DNA of 64,000 bases, taken from Nitrosopumilus sp. (GTDB lineage Archaea > Thermoproteota > Nitrososphaeria > Nitrososphaerales > Nitrosopumilaceae). Every line of letters begins with the position of its first letter. Within the stretch, counting starts at the first letter, position 1. The DNA is taken from NCBI GenBank assembly GCA_965207445.1, contig CBDBLX010000002.1, positions 224,001 to 288,000 of the forward strand. Direction: 5' to 3'. A program made the translations under genes and the position numbers. Below are positions 51,621 to 61,912 of this stretch, one piece after another. The notes below the pieces were generated by a model that had not been told where the DNA came from, ran no database searches, and saw only the letters and a list, made by a program, of their open reading frames with translations.

Positions 51621-51711
51621 TGTATCATAAAATTTTAAAATTATGATATTTTCATTATAGCAAAATCTTCATGCCAAAGTTATAAAAGCACTAAAAAACG
51701 ACTTTATTCAA

Positions 51712-51822
51712 ATGGCAGAAGCAGGAATGGCCGCATTTGGAGCAGCAGCAGGCGTTGCAATTGCACTTGCAGTAGTATGTTTTGCACTTCGCGGTAAAGG
51801 GCATCCAGAGCCTATAGAATAA
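51712..51822 (+). CDS. 36-aa single-TM small protein
   Basis: MAEAGMAAFGAAAGVAIALAVVCFALRGKGHPEPIE; TTATAAAA about 25-30 nt upstream. Confidence 0.7.
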   Translation: MAEAGMAAFGAAAGVAIALAVVCFALRGKGHPEPIE

Positions 51823-51882
51823 ACGATAAGAAGAATCTTGTCACTTTTTCAGCTACTATATAGCGTATGCTATGCTCGTTTG

Positions 51883-51981
51883 GTAACCATTCACCCCACC
51901 TTTTATGTCGACATCAGATGTTAGGTGGTGGTGGTAGTGGTGGTCATTTTATACCTAAATTTGGAAATGGTTTAAACTTAC
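51883..51981. mobile_element. MITE family A, copy 5 (degenerate)
   Basis: GTAACCATTCACCCC...CCTAAATTTGG...TTAC; flanks CTCGTTTG and CTCGCCTG. Confidence 0.65.
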
Positions 51982-52035
51982 CTCGCCTGTGTTTCGTTGT
52001 TATGTGTGTCTGTGGCTTTTATTGTTTGAATTGTG

Positions 52036-52719
52036 TTAGTCTTTCTTACTTGCTAATCCAAACATCTCATTTAATGATAATTGTTTTGTATTTCGTCGTG
52101 TGGTATAACATCTCTCATAATATTGACAGTCTGCACATTCTGATGATGGCTCCAAGATGGGTGTCTTGTCTTCTTTAAGTAAATTTGATAGTACGCGTGT
52201 CCTTCTTATGGTCTCCCCGAACATCTTTTTGTTGCGTGCAAGCGAAAACATTGTTTCTTTGCGGTCACCTGACATGTAAACTATAATCCCACTCTCTTTG
52301 TCGTACATCCACATACATGCATTTAGGTATAACACGTCTGCTGCATGTGGACTCTCTATCTCATCTTCTAATTCACTCTGAGTGTTAAATGTGACAGGAA
52401 AGGGCCTAAACAACACCACAACATCATCTGCAATCATGTCTGCTCTACCTTCTAGTGTAACATCATCTGCAATCTCAAATGTCTTTGGTTCGCATCCATA
52501 TTGCATCTTGCGCAACAGTCCTGATAAAAGATCATTAAAACCACGCGTCTCAACATCTCTTTGATCCGTTCTATCATAGTATGATCTGCGCATGCATCCG
52601 ACTATCTCTTTTAGATGTATCTTGTTGTTGTTTTTGGTATCTATTGCAGTATCCAACTCTCGCCTAATCGAGTCTATTGCATTTTGAACTATACTGCGAT
52701 AGTCCCTATCACCCATCAA
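52036..52719 (-). CDS. Solo Cas4-like PD-(D/E)xK protein with Fe-S staple
   Basis: CMRRSYY, GRAD, and C-terminal CADCQYYERC. Confidence 0.8.
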   Translation of the reverse strand: MMGDRDYRSIVQNAIDSIRRELDTAIDTKNNNKIHLKEIVGCMRRSYYDRTDQRDVETRGFNDLLSGLLRKMQYGCEPKTFEIADDVTLEGRADMIADDVVVLFRPFPVTFNTQSELEDEIESPHAADVLYLNACMWMYDKESGIIVYMSGDRKETMFSLARNKKMFGETIRRTRVLSNLLKEDKTPILEPSSECADCQYYERCYTTRRNTKQLSLNEMFGLASKKD

Positions 52720-52940
52720 TGTTTTTTGTATATTGTCATTGTTCTTATAGTTTGGTGTTGTGTGTGTATGTAAAGTATAATTATTTATTAATATTTATTC
52801 ACTAATAATTATATGAACTTTATCATTTGAATTTTATTCTAATTTTTAAAAATAAAAAAAGTATTACTTTGATTGCTTATATGGATTTTTTAAATTATAC
52901 TTGTCTCTATAATCTTTTTTTGACTGGTGTTTGATGCATC

Positions 52941-53019
52941 GTAACCGTTTAATCCTCGTGCCCGCGCCAAACGTTTCGATAAATCTATGCCTAAATTTGG
53001 CAAGAGGTTGAACGGTTAC
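52941..53019. mobile_element. MITE family A, copy 6
   Basis: GTAACCGTTTAATCC...GCCTAAATTTGG...GGTTGAACGGTTAC. Confidence 0.85.
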
Positions 53020-53289
53020 GATTGTTTTACACAGGTTCTCTTGCAAAATCGGTGTTTATATACTTTTTATCTGAATTTGGTATTTGATAACGTTTTTATA
53101 CTTTTTTGTATGACTATGACGATAGTTTGAATAAGGATAGTTAGAGGTATCAAAAAGACAAACGAGAGTGGTTCATCTTGAAGATTGATTGTCACCGTGA
53201 CATACAGATGTAGAGTGTTTGTGTATATGATGTGTAATGTACAGAGTCTGGCTCAGGCAGAGGCGTATGGAAATGAACGTTATCCAAGC

Positions 53290-54230
53290 ATCACAACTAT
53301 CTGCAAGATCAGAGTCTTTTACTGGTATAATGTCAATTCCAATTGCCTTGGCAGGCGTCATGTTGTTTTTGAGGCTTGTGTGTTTTCTAAAAAAGTTATG
53401 ATATACTATGCAGACGTAAGAGTCCGGGGTCCTCTGATTTTAGTCCACGTACACACTTGAGTCTATCCTCAAATTCTCCATTGAGTCGTTCGTAGACGTT
53501 ATTTTGATTAAAAAGATTCTGTATGTGTATCTCACGTATGTGTACAAACACCGATCCCGCCCGCCTAAAGAATACTTTTCTGGCAGGCTTTATGAACTCC
53601 TGCAGTCCGTCACTTACAAGTATTGGTAGCCTACGCGTACGGGCAGCAGCCATTTGAAACAGGTTAGTGGGATCAGATCCCTTTTTCTTCTTGAGGATCT
53701 CGTTAAAACAAATCGGCTTGCGCCATCCATTACACCAAACAAATATCTGGTCAGTTTACGTATTTTAAATTCTAGGTCGACATGCCACTGAAACCATGCA
53801 TCAAGACACAACAAACTTACCGTAGCATGATTCGCGAATATCATCAGTCCACCTATGTATTGTAGATGGGTTTATGATGATCTCATCCATTGCAAGCTGC
53901 GCACATACTTCTTCTGAGACATTTTAGTTGCCATCATGGACAACGCTTTTGCTATTAATGCATCAAAATGCCGCCCCTTGAACCCTTCCATTCCAGAGAA
54001 TGTACGGCCACATTTTTTGCACATGTATCGCCTCACAGATCTTTTTCTCTTACACTTGCGCTCTCCCCATCCTTCTTTGGATTGCATTTTGGATACTGAC
54101 ATCTCAATTTTTTGCGCCTAATCTGTATCCTTTTTCTACGCCCACACCACCACTTTGTCTAAGATCTTGTATACCCCCACCACATGCTTGCATATCTTTT
54201 TTCCATTTTGATTGGCCTCACACTGACATC
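53290..54230 (-). pseudogene. IS6/IS240-like DDE transposase, multiply frameshifted
   Basis: Fragments in different frames: RYMCKKCGRTF, YLFGVMDGASRFVL, LVSDGL, NNVYERLNG, TPA..IGI. Confidence 0.85.
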
Positions 54231-54695
54231 TCATTCCAAGTGAACTAAGCGACACCACATACAATAGACCTTGCACAGTTTGCGATGCGACTGATCGAGC
54301 TCAGTGTAGTTATGGCACTGCAATGCATGCAATCTGAATGCCTGCTTTCTTAATTGCATCAATCTGACTGGAGCGTCTGCTTGCAGGCTTTGGGTTGTCA
54401 TTTTCCAATGTTTTTGATCGTTTCGCCTACCGCCTTTTCTTCCTGAACGTTTCATTATACATAATCGATATATAAGCATGCGCAATCCGATGCCTAACAT
54501 GTACTGGAACAACAAACATGCAATGGGCTGCCAATGGTTCCAAGTATCCATAACCCACAACGTACTAGTTACTCGTACATGGTCCTTGCCAAACTTTAAC
54601 CCAGAGGGTTTGAAGTTTATCATACGTGGCGACAAAATACTAGTTACGTGTCCGGATTGACTTGCCACCAACCGCGTTTTACACACTAACTTTTT

Positions 54696-56381
54696 ATGTC
54701 AAGCTGGCGTGAAATCCACAACATGATTCCAGTGGTCATAAAAAAAGGGCACATCCGAAAAGCCATGCAGAGAATAACCATTGATGGGTTTCCAACTCGA
54801 CGCAAGAGCAGAGATTACTGTCTTGTAGCAGACGGTAGGTGCTTTCCGCCGAAATACACGATCGCGTTGGCCCATGAGATCGCCACAGGAGATTTTCTGG
54901 ACTCGGAAGAATTCTCCGGAGGTGACGAGTCTGAGCGCTTTCTTAAGGGTCACGGATTTGACGTAATCGAATGTAAATGTGGGGGGTACCATCGAGATGC
55001 CAGTTCTGCATCTATGGCACAGCAGGACTCGACGCGGCAGGATGTTGGCCCAGACGGCGATCGTAGCAGACGCGCCTCAGACAGTTCCGGTGCAACCATT
55101 CGTCACACGTCCGGTCGGACGGAATCAACCCTGCGCGTGGCACTGGTGTTCCCATCGCTGGATTCGGACTGCAGCTGGCTTCCTGACGCAGACGCATTTG
55201 CCTGCGAGAAGATGGACTTTGTGCTCTTTCCAGAGGGATACGTTGATTCGTCTGATAAGGAGACACTCGAGAAACTGAAGAGACTTGCGTCTAAATTGGA
55301 CGCGCCATTGCTGGTGGGAGCAGGTGACGATGAGCAGACTCTTCTTCGTTTTAATCCAGACGGTTCCGAACCATTTCTTTTGTACACAAAACACTCCACC
55401 GCCGGTGTGATTGCATTTGAGAAGGACGACTGGAATCCACGTGACTGCCTGAGCACGTTTGAGTTGGGTGGCGTAAAGGCCGGGGCGACAATCTGCCATG
55501 ATCATTATCTGGGGATGCTCCAGCGCTATCTGTACAAGAACGGCGGCGCGCGTCTGTGGCTGAACCCGAGCGGTACCAATGTGCTTGATGCCAAGTGGGC
55601 ATCACTCCTGCGGCTGAGGGCGGTGGAGAATCGACTCTTTGCTCTCTGCACGCTCCACGATGACCAGGAAGCACGGACGTATACTCACCCCTTTGCGTTT
55701 TCGCCTGATGGCAACGAACTTTGTGCCCGGAGGGCCGGTTCCGCAGACAGTCAGCCGATCTCGGACTGTACGGAGGCCGATGTCGTCTATATCGTCGATC
55801 TCGACACCGCCTCTGCTGGCAAGTCGATCGACTGGTCGAACCTTCCGTGCGCCAGCAAGGCGCAGAGGCAGAATAAGAACCCCCAAAAGCCCGTTCGCGT
55901 ATCGCTGAAGAATGGACAGCCGATGGTGTGTGTAGCAGGGGGACGCTGGCATAATAGCGCAGATGACTGCTGCATTCAGACGGAGCATGGCGGGGTATAC
56001 GTGGGCGTGATACGCGGCAAGCGCATTCTGGATGCCGCCGCACGCTTTTGTGTGATTGACCGTGCGTATGATATGAACTGCCGCCCGATCATCTGGAACC
56101 ACTGGAATCATCGTCTCCCGACAGACTCGGATCGCCTAGCAAACCTCATGATGGGAATGGCAATCGAGTGCTGTGCGCCGATAATAGTTTCAGACAAAGA
56201 CAGGATTCACGAACTGGTGGAGTTGTCTAACAGTAACAAGATTCCAGTCCGGAGAATTGTTAAACGGTCCGAACCCGCTGTGGTCGATGTCGGACGTGCG
56301 TGGGGCCTACCTAGCGCACTCAAGATGGCCACCGAAAATACACCGGAGGCATATAAGCGGTATCGGAGTCTGGCCAAGTGA
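54696..56381 (+). CDS. Fusion of a type IV restriction-like N-terminal domain with a carbon-nitrogen hydrolase (nitrilase) domain
   Basis: YCLVADGRCFPPKY...FSGG...FL..HGF head; triad motifs LFPEGY, YTKH, TICHD; GC-rich. Confidence 0.8.
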   Translation: MSSWREIHNMIPVVIKKGHIRKAMQRITIDGFPTRRKSRDYCLVADGRCFPPKYTIALAHEIATGDFLDSEEFSGGDESERFLKGHGFDVIECKCGGYHRDASSASMAQQDSTRQDVGPDGDRSRRASDSSGATIRHTSGRTESTLRVALVFPSLDSDCSWLPDADAFACEKMDFVLFPEGYVDSSDKETLEKLKRLASKLDAPLLVGAGDDEQTLLRFNPDGSEPFLLYTKHSTAGVIAFEKDDWNPRDCLSTFELGGVKAGATICHDHYLGMLQRYLYKNGGARLWLNPSGTNVLDAKWASLLRLRAVENRLFALCTLHDDQEARTYTHPFAFSPDGNELCARRAGSADSQPISDCTEADVVYIVDLDTASAGKSIDWSNLPCASKAQRQNKNPQKPVRVSLKNGQPMVCVAGGRWHNSADDCCIQTEHGGVYVGVIRGKRILDAAARFCVIDRAYDMNCRPIIWNHWNHRLPTDSDRLANLMMGMAIECCAPIIVSDKDRIHELVELSNSNKIPVRRIVKRSEPAVVDVGRAWGLPSALKMATENTPEAYKRYRSLAK

Positions 56382-56422
56382 CCCCGCGCCGCGTCAAAAG
56401 TGTTGACCCGTCCGTCCCAATC

Positions 56423-56505
56423 TACGTCAGTAGTTTGCAATGTGCTCAATTTTAATGATCTTATTTTTAATTATGCTTTGGCATATTGTAGATTATCAAA
56501 TAAAA
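56423..56505 (+). repeat. Repeat family C, copy 1
   Basis: TACGTCAGTAGTT...CAATTTTAATGATCTTATTTTTAATTAT...GTAGATT, shared with 61913-61990. Confidence 0.85.
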
Positions 56506-56618
56506 TCATATAAAACACATTGTGAACTATTGATTTGATTAAAGTAGATGTTGTTGGTATGTTAAAATCTATTACTTTAAATTAAAAAACATATATTGTA
56601 ATATAGTGTTATAATATT

Positions 56619-57491
56619 ATGTGGCAAACACCTACTGGTATAGATAGGCCATCATCAGATACGTATGTGCAAAAGATATCACAGATGCCAGAGAATTATC
56701 GTGTACTTGAGCGAATACCACTACATCATGAAAAAATTCCAATAACATTTGAGTCTCTACAAAAGGATGATGCAACTACCATAATTATTGTAGATTTGGA
56801 GACTACTGGAATGGAATTTGATGATAAAATAATTGAGATATGCATGTTAAAATGTACGTATAATCAAGACGGACAATTATCAAGTATAGATGAGATATTA
56901 AGTATGCTCCAAGACCCGGGTGAGCCTATACATGAGAATATAACAAATTTGACTGGCATAACAGATGATATGGTGCAAGGAAAACAGATTGACTGGGATA
57001 TGGTACAAGATATGTTGAAATGTGATGACATGTCTGCTGTAGTCGCACATAATGCATCATTTGATCGACCACGTTTTGAGAAAATGTGTCCAAATGACTT
57101 ACCTTGGAGATGTACAGTACAAGAGATCCCATGGCGAATGTTTGGACATAACACATCAAATCTAGGTGACATTATGATGCGTGAAGGGTGGTTTTTTGAT
57201 GCACATAGGGCCCACAATGACTGTCTGGCAACTGCGTGGATGTTACATGTGATACCTGGCACCTTACATTCACTGTTAGAGCCTAAATGGAAGATCAAGG
57301 TGTTTAATGCATTTGATATAAAAGATCAATTAAAAAGTCGTGGGTACAAGTGGTATAACCCTGAAAAGTATTGGTGGACATACACATCAGATTATGAATA
57401 TGAGTATGAATACTTGGAAGACTTGCAATCAAATTATATGGTCAAAAAACAAAATACTGATCCGCGTAAAATGTACAAAGAGTTTAAATGA
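56619..57491 (+). CDS. DnaQ-like DEDDh 3'-5' exonuclease
   Basis: DLETTG, LTGIT, AHNASFDR, HRA.ND; C-terminal KDQLKSRGYKW. Confidence 0.92.
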   Translation: MWQTPTGIDRPSSDTYVQKISQMPENYRVLERIPLHHEKIPITFESLQKDDATTIIIVDLETTGMEFDDKIIEICMLKCTYNQDGQLSSIDEILSMLQDPGEPIHENITNLTGITDDMVQGKQIDWDMVQDMLKCDDMSAVVAHNASFDRPRFEKMCPNDLPWRCTVQEIPWRMFGHNTSNLGDIMMREGWFFDAHRAHNDCLATAWMLHVIPGTLHSLLEPKWKIKVFNAFDIKDQLKSRGYKWYNPEKYWWTYTSDYEYEYEYLEDLQSNYMVKKQNTDPRKMYKEFK

Positions 57492-57816
57492 CTTTGGATG
57501 CAGCATGATTGGTTATGTCAAAATTCATCGCATAATCAAGTTATCATTTCTGAAAATGTTGCTGTGTAAATTCTTGGAACATGTCTAGTCTTAACATTTA
57601 GCACCTGAGCCGGGTAGCAAATTTTGAAATGTTTTTTCATTATTTTCTATGTCATTAACTAGTGTATAACATACTAGTAAAAATACATTATTTAATAAGA
57701 GATGCACACACCATGCAAATTTGTATAATTAGTTAAATATGTACATAAAGACACCAAAACATCTCTTTTCACCCAATGTAAAAAGTCTTATATAATGAAA
57801 AACAAAATTACAAACA

Positions 57817-59481
57817 ATGAGCTTAATTCAGATCTCTAACCAATCTACGAAAAATTTAGGGAAAAAATCTACTATACGATTTACTCAATCAATATGTCCT
57901 GAATGCAACATGATACTTGATGCTGAAGTATTTGAGCGAGAAGGCAAGGTATTCATGACAAAGACATGTCCTACACATGGTGAGTGTGAGGAGTTATACT
58001 TTGGTTCTTTTGAGTTATACAACAAATTTAGCACATACTGGCAAGATGGCAAGGGTGCACATGCCCCCAATGTTATGATTGAAAAGTGCAGTTGCCCAAA
58101 TAACTGTGGACTGTGCTCTAATCACTTGTCTCATAGTGGTCTTGCAAACATGATAGTCACAAATAGGTGTGATTTGACGTGTTGGTACTGTTTCTTTTAT
58201 GTCAAAAAAGGTTTAGAGGGTGCATACATGTATGAGCCATCACAAGATCAAGTTAGAGCCATGATGAAGACACTGAGGGCAGAGCGTCCAATACCTGGCA
58301 ACTCTATGCAGATTACAGGTGGTGAGCCAATGTTGCGTGAGGACATTACAGATGTTATCAAAATAATGAAAGAAGAGGGAGTCGACCACATACAGATGAA
58401 TACAAATGGTATTAGACACGCAATGGACCCCGAGGCAGCACGCGATGTGAGGTTGGCAGGGTGTAATAATCTATATCTTAGTTTTGATGGTGTGACTGCT
58501 CGCACAAATCCTAAAAATCATTGGGAAATTCCATATGCACTTGATAGTTGTCGCAAGACTGGTACAACTGTGGTGTTTGTTCCAACAGTAATAAAATCAA
58601 TTAACGATCACGAACTAGGTGGTATAATTAGATATGCCCAAAAGAACATGGATGTTGTTCACGCAGTAAACTTTCAACCCGTATCACTTACAGGTAGAAT
58701 GGGTAAAACTGAACGTGACAAATACCGTATCACCATACCTGATTGTATACAGCGAATAGAAGAGCAGACAAATGGTGAGGTTACAATAGATGACTGGTTC
58801 CCAGTTCCATCTTGCATGCCACTGACAAATGTGATCGAGGCATTCTCAAGCAAGCCAAAGTACGAACTATCGATACACTTTGCATGTGGTGCTGGTACGT
58901 ACATATTTGAGGATGAAGATACTAAAAAGTTCGTACCACTTACAAAGTTCTGTGATATACAAGGTATGTTAGAGTTGTTTGAGGACAAGGCAGAAGAGAT
59001 CCGCTCAGGAAAGAACAAGTACTTTACAATGCTAGAAGTGGTTCGCAAGCTAAAATCATTTGTTGACACAAAGAAACAACCTGCCGGCTTGGACTTGGCA
59101 AAGATGTTTGGCAATATACTGATGAAACGCTCATTTGATGCAGTTGGTAGCTGGCATGTAAAGGGGTTATTTTTGGGTATGATGCACTTTCAAGACAAGT
59201 ACAATGAGGACTTGGAGCGTCTGCAGCGTTGTGATATTCATTATGTGACACCTGACTTGCGTATCATTCCATTTTGTGCATTTAATGTAATTCCCGAGTG
59301 GTATCGTGATCGTATACAAAAGAAATATTCGATTACAGTAGAAGAATGGGAAGAGCGTGAAGGCGTAAAGTTGGAAGATGGCTTGTATCGTGGATTGATG
59401 AGACGTGGTGCAGGTGATGAGCTAGCAGCAGGGTGTGCAAAATCTGAAATGTTCCATCAGGCGTCACAGGCTTTGATGTAA
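57817..59481 (+). CDS. tes: Tetraether lipid synthase (radical SAM, GDGT-MAS)
   Basis: N-terminal CPEC...CPTHG, CPNNCGLC, CDLTCWYC, VNFQPVS, RCDIHY...IPFC. Confidence 0.92.
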   Translation: MSLIQISNQSTKNLGKKSTIRFTQSICPECNMILDAEVFEREGKVFMTKTCPTHGECEELYFGSFELYNKFSTYWQDGKGAHAPNVMIEKCSCPNNCGLCSNHLSHSGLANMIVTNRCDLTCWYCFFYVKKGLEGAYMYEPSQDQVRAMMKTLRAERPIPGNSMQITGGEPMLREDITDVIKIMKEEGVDHIQMNTNGIRHAMDPEAARDVRLAGCNNLYLSFDGVTARTNPKNHWEIPYALDSCRKTGTTVVFVPTVIKSINDHELGGIIRYAQKNMDVVHAVNFQPVSLTGRMGKTERDKYRITIPDCIQRIEEQTNGEVTIDDWFPVPSCMPLTNVIEAFSSKPKYELSIHFACGAGTYIFEDEDTKKFVPLTKFCDIQGMLELFEDKAEEIRSGKNKYFTMLEVVRKLKSFVDTKKQPAGLDLAKMFGNILMKRSFDAVGSWHVKGLFLGMMHFQDKYNEDLERLQRCDIHYVTPDLRIIPFCAFNVIPEWYRDRIQKKYSITVEEWEEREGVKLEDGLYRGLMRRGAGDELAAGCAKSEMFHQASQALM

Positions 59482-59726
59482 TTATTACCAGTACCAAAGT
59501 GGTTATTTATTATACAATTTGATTTTGTTTTAAATGTGACGACGACACTAGTAATTTTACCCGTTTCTGAGAATTTGGTGCCCTATAGGGTCTTTTATGT
59601 TACTAGTATAAAGTCGGCAACAGATGCAAAGGTGACAATATCAGTCTACATATGGGACACATAAGATCCTCCACCACTCCTTTTAACACCTTTTACACTA
59701 CAGTCGTTCAAAAGTATACTGATATG

Positions 59727-59816
59727 ATTAAAGATCCGATATTTTGATTTATAATTATCTCGAAGTTGAGCACATATTATGAATACAAAATATTAGAAAA
59801 CTATCGGATCTTTAAT
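59727..59816. repeat. 15-bp perfect inverted repeat with 60-nt spacer
   Basis: ATTAAAGATCCGATA (59727-59741) and TATCGGATCTTTAAT (59802-59816). Confidence 0.85.
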
Positions 59817-60192
59817 GAAACTATTAAGTATTCACTCTTAGTTGACCACCACCATCATCATTGTGGACATTGAACTAACTGCTCCATGACATAAAGTACA
59901 TGCAGGCGTTAACAATGTTTTACTTTTAGAAAGCATTCTTGCAAAATCAAACATAGTATCTTTTGCAAATGTGGATAAATCAAAATCCACTTTTATCCTG
60001 CCTTGGAGTTGATCTGGCAGTTTGGAACCAAACTTTGTGTGCTTGGGATACCTACTACAGACTCATGAGAGATAGCACCTGCTCACCTCTTGGCGCCACA
60101 GCGCTCTAGTCACCACTTGTTATTCACACATCTAAGAGAATTGGTGGAAACCCAACAATTACGCTCACAATAACATCAAAAGACAAAACTAG

Positions 60193-61872
60193 TTAACCCG
60201 ATTTGCACCTATCCCACTCTTCACATACCCATTTGAAGATTTTTTCGCCGCGTTTAATCACTGATTTTTGGTTCCATTTAGATAGGTGAGGTATTATATC
60301 ATTTGCCATTTTAAAACCAGTTCCGTAATATTCGTCTCTTTTTTCTTGTGGCTTTTTCTTTCCTAATTTACTATTTTTTCCGGGGGACAACAAAAACAAG
60401 TTTCCAGGCCAATGAACGTATAATTTTTCGGAGCTTCGAGGCAAAATGTGCTCGATAGTTTCCGTCGCGCCTTTTTCTAGAATAAGATTCAAGTTTTTGC
60501 TGTCAAATACATTTCCAGCTTTGTTTGTCAAATATTCTTCATATTTATAAAGTAAATAATGGATCTGTGGTATATCCCACTCATCTTTTACACTTTCCTT
60601 GATCATTTCATATACGTCGTGACCTTCGTAGCCTTCGTCATGAAACTGACGCGCAATAGTTCTCAATCTACTTTCAATCTCTTGTGCAGATATTTTTTTA
60701 TTAACGATGTCACAAGCTAGCTCCAAAAATTCTTTTAAAAAGTTCTTAGATTGAGGGTACCAACAAACTCTAAACATGATAAATCCAATTTTTAAGCACA
60801 GATCACACAAGTCATGTTTTTTATCGTCTGAAAGGTCATCTTGTAGTTTTATGGCGACAAGCACATATTTTGTAGGTTGTTCTGGGCATGCTGCAGAGTC
60901 AGGTTTGTCATTTTCTATTTCATAAAGCGCCTTGGCGACTGCCTCAAGACGGCCCACGGTTTCAAGAATTGCTTTTGCCCCACCTCCCTTAGATTCGCAT
61001 AGTAGGAATTCCCGGGCTTTTTCTTCCGAAAGAGGCCTCTTAGCATTCTGATACAAAGTTGCCGTAAACTTTAGTATGTCAGATTCTAAATCTGATGTCC
61101 CAATACTGCGATAAATGCCAGACCAACGATTGTGCACTTCATTTATTGTGCGTCTGTCTTTATTCTTAAATAACATCTGCATGAGATTGGTTTTTAACAA
61201 GTCAAACTTTGAAACTGCTCGTCCTCTATTGTTCAGTCCTTCAAACACGTAATATGTCAAAGCTTCATCTTGCAATTCTTGATAAACAAAAAAAACTCTG
61301 TTGTTGATGTGATTGACAAGATCGGGTAGTGATTTTCGGTTGCTTTTGTATTCTCTTACAAAGTTCTCACATTCCCTTATTGCGTTTATCAAATTTTTTT
61401 CTGCAGATGTTTCGGGTGGATCTGTTGCTTTGTATTTTCCATGCCGAATATAATCGGAAAAGTGGTTTTCAGTATCATGGTTGGTTTGTAATAATGTGGT
61501 GGCATCATTTGTCATTATTAACATTCTTTCAAGGTCGGCCTTCATCTCCTTTTCATCTGGATTGTTCTCGTCAAGTTCGTTGATGATTGCTCGATAAAGA
61601 ATAATCAGAGTTGTAATTCGCTGTTGACCATCTACAATATCTACTACCTGGTATTCTTTAGCCCTTATTGTCGTTGTCTTGGTTTTTAATACCACAATCG
61701 TTGACATCAAGTGTTCTCGATTCTCATCCATGCTGTTTTTGATGTCATTAAAGAGATCAATTCGTTGCTTTGTCTCCCAACGATAAGCTCGTTGATAGTC
61801 AGGAACCTCGTACAGGCGCCCGCTGAACAGCTTGTCAAGACTCAACAGATCAGACTTTATTGCCATGTTCAC
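60193..61872 (-). CDS. DUF262 + DUF1524 (GmrSD-like) modification-dependent nuclease
   Basis: VPDYQRAYRW, VDGQQRITT, FEGLNNRG; HNH region IEHILP...GNL...NS. Confidence 0.9.
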   Translation of the reverse strand: MNMAIKSDLLSLDKLFSGRLYEVPDYQRAYRWETKQRIDLFNDIKNSMDENREHLMSTIVVLKTKTTTIRAKEYQVVDIVDGQQRITTLIILYRAIINELDENNPDEKEMKADLERMLIMTNDATTLLQTNHDTENHFSDYIRHGKYKATDPPETSAEKNLINAIRECENFVREYKSNRKSLPDLVNHINNRVFFVYQELQDEALTYYVFEGLNNRGRAVSKFDLLKTNLMQMLFKNKDRRTINEVHNRWSGIYRSIGTSDLESDILKFTATLYQNAKRPLSEEKAREFLLCESKGGGAKAILETVGRLEAVAKALYEIENDKPDSAACPEQPTKYVLVAIKLQDDLSDDKKHDLCDLCLKIGFIMFRVCWYPQSKNFLKEFLELACDIVNKKISAQEIESRLRTIARQFHDEGYEGHDVYEMIKESVKDEWDIPQIHYLLYKYEEYLTNKAGNVFDSKNLNLILEKGATETIEHILPRSSEKLYVHWPGNLFLLSPGKNSKLGKKKPQEKRDEYYGTGFKMANDIIPHLSKWNQKSVIKRGEKIFKWVCEEWDRCKSG

Positions 61873-61912
61873 ATGGACATATTTTGAATATTTAAGTCTG
61901 ATGTGTGATATG

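Noticed and set aside
374..53019. Family A repeats as integron attC sites
   Set aside because: The ends do not fit RYYYAAC/GTTRRRY, the copies flank housekeeping genes, no integrase is seen, and 9-bp duplications indicate transposition.
54231..54686. 151-aa minus-strand ORF and short TACTAGTTAC duplication
   Set aside because: No recognisable protein features, and the duplication is too short to be significant.
54979..56449. Many overlapping ORFs within the nitrilase fusion
   Set aside because: Expected from stop-codon scarcity in GC-rich DNA; no motifs.
59840..60130. Possible decayed gene fragment on the minus strand
   Set aside because: Similarity was too weak to assign by eye.
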